From a virus (Duplodnaviria; Caudoviricetes), in IMG/VR virus record IMGVR_UViG_3300020045_004928, positions 1-60,285 of that record: a stretch of 60,285 nt of DNA. One strand, written 5' to 3'. Under the pieces are notes generated by a model, which had not been told where the DNA came from, ran no database searches, and saw only the letters and a list, made by a program, of their open reading frames with translations. Shown one piece after another: positions 29,230-35,557 of the stretch (position 1 is its first letter; every line of letters begins with the position of its first letter). A program made the position numbers and the translations under genes.

Positions 29230-30159
29230 ATGACTGCCGAATTACAAGAAAAACAAGAACCAGCAAAAAGCTACCCATCATCTGAGCTGGTTCAAAAAGT
29301 TATCGACAATATATCGCCTGATATTGCTGAGATCGACATCAATGGCGTTAAGGCTGCTGTCATTTTTGTGCCAAAGGGCATGGAAGTGAAAAGTGCGAAA
29401 ACAATTATCGATGAATACAAAATCAAGCCTGATCGCAGAACAGGAACCCATACTGTTCACCGCGTATCTTCTTTTATCGCACTTTTCAATCGCTTCAAGG
29501 CTCCTGAGTCTGTGGTGTTTGCGGAAGCATCTATCACTGACAACAGCATAAACGCTTCCCTCACGGGAATTCTTGATTTTCACCCAGCGACGGCTGTTAA
29601 TACGGAAGCTTCTAACGGTGGACACAAGCTGCTGTATAAATTCCCGATCTCCAGCATGTTTGCTAAATGGCTCAAGACAAATGGCGAAGTAATGGATCAG
29701 GAAGAATTTGCTGTTTTCTTGGAAGATCACATTGGCGAAATCTCTGTTGCCAGCTCTATCGAAAAAGAATCCATGGCAAATCTGTCAGCCAAGTTTGCAG
29801 AGCCTCTGGAAATCCTTTCTCTGGCGCGTGAACTGGCTATCTACTCGAATGAAACTATCGAGCAGAGCTACAAGCCTTCCAGCGGTGAACGCAAGATCAA
29901 GTTCAGTGTTCAGCACAAGGACTCCAATAACAATGAAATCTCTATTCCCGATTTCTTTGTTATCACGGTTCCAATGTTTGAAGCTGGAGAACAACAGCGC
30001 ATTATCGTCAAACTGCGCTACCGTAAATCTAGCGGTCGCATTGTCTGGTTCTACGAACTTTACCGCGTTGATAAAATGTTGGAAGCTGCTTTTGATCAGA
30101 CGATTACCGAAGTTGAGGCGGGAACAGAAGCCCCGCTATTCGTGGGTAAGTCTGCCTAA
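29230..30159 (+). CDS. DUF2303/YfdQ-like protein
   Basis: PDRRTGT..SF, ILDFH, MDQEEFAVFLED, IPDFF..PMFE, LRYR. Confidence 0.75.
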   Translation: MTAELQEKQEPAKSYPSSELVQKVIDNISPDIAEIDINGVKAAVIFVPKGMEVKSAKTIIDEYKIKPDRRTGTHTVHRVSSFIALFNRFKAPESVVFAEASITDNSINASLTGILDFHPATAVNTEASNGGHKLLYKFPISSMFAKWLKTNGEVMDQEEFAVFLEDHIGEISVASSIEKESMANLSAKFAEPLEILSLARELAIYSNETIEQSYKPSSGERKIKFSVQHKDSNNNEISIPDFFVITVPMFEAGEQQRIIVKLRYRKSSGRIVWFYELYRVDKMLEAAFDQTITEVEAGTEAPLFVGKSA

Positions 30160-30193
30160 CCTTTAACCCCAACCCTCCCGAAAGGAGATATAC

Positions 30194-30379
30194 ATGAATA
30201 ACGAACAAGACAAGCCAGCAGATGAAGCTCCAGCAACGGAATCCTCCGAAGCATCAACAGAGACAGCTGCGACAGAAACCCAACCACCAGTTGATAATGA
30301 TTACGTTGAAGAAGGCGCGACAAAATTTACTGATGAAGAAGTAGATCTTAACAAACCACAAGATCAAGCCTCCTCATAA
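30194..30379 (+). CDS. Small acidic, probably disordered peptide (61 aa)
   Basis: Strong RBS gaaaggagatatacATG; E/D/T/A-rich. Confidence 0.65.
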   Translation: MNNEQDKPADEAPATESSEASTETAATETQPPVDNDYVEEGATKFTDEEVDLNKPQDQASS

Positions 30380-30385
30380 GGCGGT

Positions 30386-30431
30386 CGTTTCTTTGAAATC
30401 CCGGTTCAAGCCGACCGGGATTTTTATGAAC
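30386..30431 (+). terminator. Hairpin module copy 1 (terminator or processing stem)
   Basis: cgtttctttga-AATCCCGGT..ACCGGGATT-tttatgaac. Confidence 0.6.
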
Positions 30432-30905
30432 CGAAAGGATCACCTACTTTCTCCCCCCAGAAAGGCTCCGGCTGGCATGGTGTCAGCCGGGGTTCTGGGA
30501 GAATAAAATACCCAAGCGAAAGGGAGGCGTCGATCCAGTTAAGTTATCCGACATAAGCAATAAGTCGGTGAAGATATCTGGGGAGCTGAACGAGTAGGGC
30601 TGTGGAGCCGTTACCACAGGGGGAACGCCACCTCATCTCAGGCGTGACGACCGGAGGATCTCTGGTTAGCTGGTGAGAGGACCAGCGCCTTTCTTTGTAT
30701 GCTGTGTGTAGTGGGTTTGAGGTAGTTCAGGATTGCGCGAAAGCCTGACCGGAATGGGTGTAAGTCCCTTGGCCTCCAACCAATGCCCAGCGGTGCGGTC
30801 TGGTCCGAATGAAGCCATTGGCTCGGATGATCTAAGACGCCTCGCACAGCAGACATGGACAGGTTCGGAACACCGGAAACGGAAAGAATTGGCCTATCCT
30901 TACTG
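30432..30905 (+). ncRNA. Putative large structured non-coding RNA, family unknown
   Basis: No credible ORF; dense hairpins, GNRA and T-loop motifs; long-range stems GAGGCGTC/GACGCCTC and TGCTGTGTG/CGCACAGCA. Confidence 0.55.
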
Positions 30906-30944
30906 CGTAACTGAGTTTTAACCCAAGCCTCACAGGAGACACCT

Positions 30945-31040
30945 ATGGCCGCTACAGTAAAAAAAGCAGTTAAAAAAACTGCAACTAAAAAACCAGCAAC
31001 AAAAAAGGCTCCGGCCAAGAAAGTTGCCGCTAAGAAATAA
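30945..31040 (+). CDS. Histone H1-like Lys/Ala-rich peptide (31 aa, not in ORF track)
   Basis: RBS caggagacacctATG; MAATVKKAVKKTATKKPATKKAPAKKVAAKK*. Confidence 0.75.
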   Translation: MAATVKKAVKKTATKKPATKKAPAKKVAAKK

Positions 31041-31045
31041 GCGCC

Positions 31046-31096
31046 CGTTTTTTGAAGTCCCCGTCTAATCTATAAGCGGCGGGGATTTTTATGAAC
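31046..31096 (+). terminator. Hairpin module copy 2
   Basis: cgttttttga-AGTCCCCGTC..GGCGGGGATT-tttatgaac; flanks nearly identical to copy 1. Confidence 0.6.
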
Positions 31097-31213
31097 AGGT
31101 GGCGGAATAGTTAGACGCTGAAAGTCGAAAGGCAAAGCTGGACAACCTAATGGCAAAAAACATTAGGATTGGAGGCCCAGCGTAATACGGGGTTAGAATC
31201 CCCGTCCTGTTCA
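31093..31213 (+). ncRNA. tRNA-like RNA with Leu/Ser-type D arm and enlarged central domain
   Basis: Acceptor GAACAGG/CCTGTTC; D arm GCG-GAATAGTTAGA-CGC; T arm ACGGGG-TTAGAAT-CCCCGT; 68-nt branched insert instead of a normal anticodon arm. Confidence 0.7.
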
Positions 31214-31243
31214 GCACTGAAACTTTAACGAAGGACTACAACT

Positions 31244-31480
31244 ATGATCTGTCTAGTAAACGGCCCAGAAGGCCAACGTCTGATAAAAGCGAAGAGTAAC
31301 CAAGCGGCAATCGATTTTGTCGTTGCTGAACGCTTCACCAGCAAAGCTGTAAATTCGGATGAGCTTTATGAGCTTACGACGAAGAGCGGCCTGAAAGTCG
31401 AAGAAGCTCCTGAAAAGATCATCCAAGGTATCGGATCTGTTCAAGCGGCTGTCGAATCTACAGGAGGCGCTAATGGCTAA
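31244..31480 (+). CDS. Phage hypothetical protein
   Basis: RBS gaagga; RLIKAKSNQAAI..DELYEL..GLKVEEA. Confidence 0.65.
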   Translation: MICLVNGPEGQRLIKAKSNQAAIDFVVAERFTSKAVNSDELYELTTKSGLKVEEAPEKIIQGIGSVQAAVESTGGANG

Positions 31481-31676
31481 AGGCAAAGTAAAATGGTTTA
31501 ACACCCAAAAAGGTTTTGGATTCATTCAGCCCGACGATGGCGGCAAAGATGTGTTTGTTCATATCTCAGCCGTTGAAAGATCCGGTCTGCGCGGTCTGAA
31601 TGAAAACCAAGTCGTTGAATACGAACTACAAACTGAAAAAGGCAAAACAGCTGCCGTCAGTTTGAAAGTTGCTTGA
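31473..31676 (+). CDS. cspA: Cold-shock protein (RNA chaperone)
   Basis: GKVKWFN..KGFGFIQPDDGGKDVFVHISAV (RNP1/RNP2); RBS aggagg. Confidence 0.95.
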   Translation: MAKGKVKWFNTQKGFGFIQPDDGGKDVFVHISAVERSGLRGLNENQVVEYELQTEKGKTAAVSLKVA

Positions 31677-31734
31677 GAAAAAAGCCAGGACGGGTTATAG
31701 TTCTATCTCCTCTTACGTGAACCTTTGAAAACGG

Positions 31735-31764
31735 AAACCCCAGCTTTAATCGGCTGGGGTTTTT
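31735..31764. terminator. Bidirectional intrinsic terminator
   Basis: AAACCCCAGC-TTTAATCG-GCTGGGGTTT-TT between convergent operons. Confidence 0.75.
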
Positions 31765-31847
31765 GTTATTGCGGCTTATTTTCTCGCTGGGCGCGGTTAT
31801 CGATCAGGCGCTTATCCAAGATCCTGCCGATCTGGTGCAGCTGGTAT

Positions 31848-32144
31848 TCAGATGTTATCAGGCGAGGCGGGTTGTTGAACTTGTCTTTGAGTTTCGGCAT
31901 TGCGGCTCCGTAAATGTTTAAGGGTTCGATTATAGGCGTTTTCACCAACGATATATTCATAGGTACTGCTATCATACGTCAATCCAGTTTCATCGTCGAT
32001 CTTAGTTTCTCCTCTGTTATAAACTTGATAACCGTAAGCATTGCAGAATTCAGCCTTTGTAACGTCCGGGTGCTTGATATCTGGAAGCTTCTTACACGCC
32101 AAAAGAAATCCGAGGGAATGTCCATTGATCGTAAGAGTCATCAA
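31848..32144 (-). CDS. Hypothetical protein
   Basis: Coupled ORF. Confidence 0.4.
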   Translation of the reverse strand: MMTLTINGHSLGFLLACKKLPDIKHPDVTKAEFCNAYGYQVYNRGETKIDDETGLTYDSSTYEYIVGENAYNRTLKHLRSRNAETQRQVQQPASPDNI

Positions 32145-32437
32145 TCATTCACCGCTTCGCTGGCAAGGCTCATGTTATTAAAAACATGTTCCTGTTCAGC
32201 AGATGATGCTTTTTCGTCGCAGGTTTTGTGGGTGCGATAAAAGAAAGATTTCAATCTGCTTTTTGCATTCATAAAACCATGTGTCCTGATATTCATTTCA
32301 CTCATTGGAAACCGACAATAAGGACATGGCAAATCTATAGGCGGGTTAACAGGGGCTTCACCCATTTTTTGGTCTGGGCTATCGTAATATCCTAATGCGC
32401 CTTTATAGTCGTATGCTTCGTTCTGGTTGCTTTTCAT
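32141..32437 (-). CDS. Hypothetical protein with CxxC/HxxC
   Basis: CPYC..HKTC. Confidence 0.5.
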   Translation of the reverse strand: MKSNQNEAYDYKGALGYYDSPDQKMGEAPVNPPIDLPCPYCRFPMSEMNIRTHGFMNAKSRLKSFFYRTHKTCDEKASSAEQEHVFNNMSLASEAVND

Positions 32438-32670
32438 GCCATCATTCCTTTGTGCGCTAACTGTTTAATTCTCTCCCAGATCCGTCGAGCAGCTGCGCGG
32501 TTTTCTTCGGTAGGGTTATTCCTGAACCGGCGCTTGACGCGGGTATATACGGCCCGTTTCTTCTTCGGAATCCAACTCCAGTGGACCTGGCAGATGTATT
32601 CGCTATCGAGCGGGTATTCTTTGGTCGTCCGGTTGCACCTGTCGATACAGCATTTCAGCCTTTCGGTCAT
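32434..32670 (-). CDS. Small putative Zn-binding protein
   Basis: CCIDRCNR..ICQVHW. Confidence 0.55.
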   Translation of the reverse strand: MTERLKCCIDRCNRTTKEYPLDSEYICQVHWSWIPKKKRAVYTRVKRRFRNNPTEENRAAARRIWERIKQLAHKGMMA

Positions 32671-33110
32671 ATCTGCTCCATGTCGGTTCTAAGGATCTCC
32701 AGAAGTTTGCTGTAAGCTTTATGCGAGTTGCATCTTATCGCGGCCAACGTCTTTTTGTCGTCGCGTAGGAAAATCAGCAAGTGACCGTGTTTATCTTTCC
32801 CGCCTTTGTGCCACCAGCTATACTGCACATTGGCAATGAATTCTTTTAATCCAGCATCATCGACGCCTTCATACGGGAACCAGAGATCTATACGCTCTTT
32901 GACCTTGGGGATGGATACCAGATCTTTTTCATTCCTTGCCCCAGCCACGTAGCCTTCTTCATAGCCATTTCTATAGGCAATGCTTTGGCGGTAATCCTGT
33001 TCGAGAAACGACTTGTAGAACTCAAGCGCCTCCTGGACGATATCGGCGTGAAGGTCGAAGCTGTCCTCATCATCGAGCGCGACTTGGATATCAGTTATTT
33101 TTTCGGACAT
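32667..33110 (-). CDS. Hypothetical protein
   Basis: RBS ggag; YRNGYEEGY. Confidence 0.55.
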   Translation of the reverse strand: MSEKITDIQVALDDEDSFDLHADIVQEALEFYKSFLEQDYRQSIAYRNGYEEGYVAGARNEKDLVSIPKVKERIDLWFPYEGVDDAGLKEFIANVQYSWWHKGGKDKHGHLLIFLRDDKKTLAAIRCNSHKAYSKLLEILRTDMEQI

Positions 33111-33261
33111 TTCTTCTCCATTCAGAGTATTGCTCTTGTGATTTGAAAGTTAAAAAGACAAAGAACTTGTTTTGCGTGATGCCAATGTAACCTTTATGTG
33201 CCGCATCTCTCAGCTCCTCGGCGCGTTCAAGCGTTTTAGCTCTAAAGCTTGCGGATATCAT
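33091..33261 (-). CDS. Small hypothetical protein (56 aa, not in ORF track)
   Basis: ATGA coupling to the upstream gene. Confidence 0.4.
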   Translation of the reverse strand: MISASFRAKTLERAEELRDAAHKGYIGITQNKFFVFLTFKSQEQYSEWRRNVRKNN

Positions 33262-33509
33262 GGCTCAATCGCTTTATTAAGAACGTCGGCAACCCACTGG
33301 CCAAATTCGTCCTGAATAGGACCAGCTTTATCAGCAGAGAGAGCTTCGGCTCCACCTCCAATAAGATTACCCCAGCCGCGCACTTGCAAAGCCATGGAAT
33401 TGTGACCGTTATGCCCGACGCAGTAAATCGTCTGGCCCATTGGTTCATATTTGAATGGCGGCTTAAAGTATTTTAAAGCTTCCGGTTTGTCAGACATTAT
33501 TTTCTCCAA
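33258..33509 (-). CDS. Hypothetical protein
   Basis: FKPPFKY..QVRGWG.L..QDEFGQWVAD.LN. Confidence 0.6.
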   Translation of the reverse strand: MEKIMSDKPEALKYFKPPFKYEPMGQTIYCVGHNGHNSMALQVRGWGNLIGGGAEALSADKAGPIQDEFGQWVADVLNKAIEP

Positions 33510-33916
33510 TTATAAGGGTGCGTTTCATCAAGAACGAATAGGTGACGCATGTTTGCGACGTTCACAAGATGGTGCCGCGCCGGATATATTTCGATGCAGT
33601 CATTTTTTGAGAACCCGATCTGATTCTTGATCGTGTATAGATCGTCCCATGTTATCCCATCTTCATAATCTCCATTACGGTTCAGCGTCGTTTTGTTTAC
33701 CGATATGCGGATATGGCCATCTGGCTCGATATAAATCTGTGCAATAAATTTGCGCGACCGGAAAACCTTTTCGGGTCGTCCATCTACCTGTTTTTGCTCT
33801 TCGCTCCATTCTTCAAAAGGAACTTCACGCAGCTCGTTTGTTGGATAAGGTGCGCTGGTTTTTCTTGCTGATCGCTTCATGTCTTGAAGCATTTGTCTTT
33901 TCAGTTGTCGGCTCAT
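33497..33916 (-). CDS. Phage hypothetical protein
   Basis: ITWDDL..IKNQIG..IEIYP..LVNVANMRHL. Confidence 0.65.
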   Translation of the reverse strand: MSRQLKRQMLQDMKRSARKTSAPYPTNELREVPFEEWSEEQKQVDGRPEKVFRSRKFIAQIYIEPDGHIRISVNKTTLNRNGDYEDGITWDDLYTIKNQIGFSKNDCIEIYPARHHLVNVANMRHLFVLDETHPYNWRK

Positions 33917-34437
33917 AGGTTTCCTCCAGCTAAACGACAGGCTTCATTGAAAATTGGGTATTGAGTTATCTCGCTGTGACGGTGCGCCATCAATCTCAAC
34001 AGCTCACGCTTCTCCGCAAGGTAAACGATGGCAAAATCTGGATCGCGCTCGACTATTGATTTTGTATTGCTGATAAGATCAGCGCACTTGATCAGCAAAG
34101 GATCTATATCTGGCGTACTAACGATGTGCAGGATATTCAGCTCGAAGCGTGTTTTGCGATTACCCTGATCTTTATCGACAAGATTGGTCACAAAGAAAAC
34201 CAGCTGACAGACCTTTCTGCCGAACATTATTTTGATGTCCTGAAATGTGGCGTCGGTATCTTCTACCACATCATGCAAAATGGCGGCGGTTTTCAGATCT
34301 TCATCATTGTGGCCATAATCCTCAAGGATGCTGACGACTTCGGCACAGTGATTGATGTACGGCTCTCCGGTGTATTTACGAGTTTGGCCGTCATGTTTCT
34401 TCATGGCGAATGCCATGGCTTGTTGATATTTAGACAT
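33913..34437 (-). CDS. HD-domain protein, RelA/SpoT hydrolase (Mesh1/SAH)-like
   Basis: FA..KH.GQ.RK..GEPYINH..EV; AAILHDVVEDT; IKCADLISN. Confidence 0.8.
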   Translation of the reverse strand: MSKYQQAMAFAMKKHDGQTRKYTGEPYINHCAEVVSILEDYGHNDEDLKTAAILHDVVEDTDATFQDIKIMFGRKVCQLVFFVTNLVDKDQGNRKTRFELNILHIVSTPDIDPLLIKCADLISNTKSIVERDPDFAIVYLAEKRELLRLMAHRHSEITQYPIFNEACRLAGGNL

Positions 34438-34682
34438 TAGTTTGACTCCTTGCGTTGTAAGTTCCGGGTTCTGGCGTCGAGCAGACAGTTTTTAAACTGC
34501 TCTATCAGCTCTTCGTCAGTGTTATCTGCTAAAACGGAAAGGTTGGCTGCAACCGATATCATGGCCGGTACGAAAACAGCGTCCTCATAATTCTTATCAA
34601 CGGCCAATTTAAACAAAGCCTTTCTGATTTCATCGAAAGCGGCTTTGAACTGTTCATATGGTGGCGTGAAATATTCAGCCAT
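34437..34682 (-). CDS. Hypothetical protein
   Basis: Coupled ORF. Confidence 0.5.
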   Translation of the reverse strand: MAEYFTPPYEQFKAAFDEIRKALFKLAVDKNYEDAVFVPAMISVAANLSVLADNTDEELIEQFKNCLLDARTRNLQRKESN

Positions 34683-34684
34683 GA

Positions 34685-35557
34685 TTATTGCTCCTTACTA
34701 TTTCCGATTAAATTAAAATTCTGAACTTTCTTTATTTGCTCAAGTAGTGGGACGCCCTGACCAAAGAAAAACTGCAATTTATTATTAAGAGAGCAAAGAC
34801 CAATCATAAAGTCATAAAAGAATTTTGCCGCTTCAATTGAATATGGCATTTCATTTACGCCGTGGTCGTCAGGTTTAAGACCTTCGAGATGTGAAAAAGC
34901 GTTTAGCCTTTCTCCCCAACTAATGGCGTGATGGTGACCATTAGGAAATTCTGGGTGTTCGGAGTGTATAGGATTATCGTATTCGTATCTGACGGCTGGA
35001 CCTCTCTTAAAAGCCTTTTTATTGTAAACTCTTGCAGCCATTCCAATTGAAAAAAACTTAATGCCACGAAAACTGGAAGATTGATTTTTTTCATTGCTCC
35101 ATTCGTAATCAGATTTATAAAAATCATCAAATTTTACGGGAGAGTTATCCTGTGCGTCGTTGCCATTGGCAAAAATGTTTATCCCATCCGAGCAGTATGA
35201 AACATCTCCTACGTACCTATAAAGTATTACCAACTCTTCATTAGTGCTAGATTTAAGATATTCATTCCCGGCTTGATAGATAAGGGCTTGCGCTTCTTTT
35301 AGTGTTTCACTTTTTATCTGATAATACTCACGTCCAAAATCAGTTCTGGTATTAGCATAGAGCCGCAAAGCATGATCTTTTTTGTAATCTTGTTTAATCA
35401 ATTCATCTACAACTTGTACGAAATCGCTAACCCCATGGAAATCTGGAAGCGTAAAAGTGAAAGTACCCTCTGTAGAAACAGAAACTTTGCATTTAAAATC
35501 TAACTTATCTCCGGCTTTGTTTCTAAAGGCGAATGAAACTGGTTTAATGCTAGACAT
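34685..35557 (-). CDS. Hypothetical protein
   Basis: 290 aa; C-terminal MPYS.EAAKFF. Confidence 0.6.
   Translation of the reverse strand: MSSIKPVSFAFRNKAGDKLDFKCKVSVSTEGTFTFTLPDFHGVSDFVQVVDELIKQDYKKDHALRLYANTRTDFGREYYQIKSETLKEAQALIYQAGNEYLKSSTNEELVILYRYVGDVSYCSDGINIFANGNDAQDNSPVKFDDFYKSDYEWSNEKNQSSSFRGIKFFSIGMAARVYNKKAFKRGPAVRYEYDNPIHSEHPEFPNGHHHAISWGERLNAFSHLEGLKPDDHGVNEMPYSIEAAKFFYDFMIGLCSLNNKLQFFFGQGVPLLEQIKKVQNFNLIGNSKEQ

Noticed and set aside
30713-30782. tmRNA or functional tRNA ending CTCCAACCA
   Set aside because: No Ala-type GGGG acceptor with G3:U70, no tag reading frame, no proper D or anticodon arm
30638-31018. ORF-track proteins 30638..31018 (-) and 30733..30921 (+)
   Set aside because: Non-ATG starts, no RBS; the hydrophobic N-terminus of the first is the antisense of the Lys-rich peptide; the region is better explained as structured RNA
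30771-31177. 9-nt complement GGCCTCCAA (30771-79) / TTGGAGGCC (31169-77) as a split-tRNA or long-range pairing
   Set aside because: Both segments have local partners and a single 9-mer can arise by chance; worth revisiting only if homologs covary
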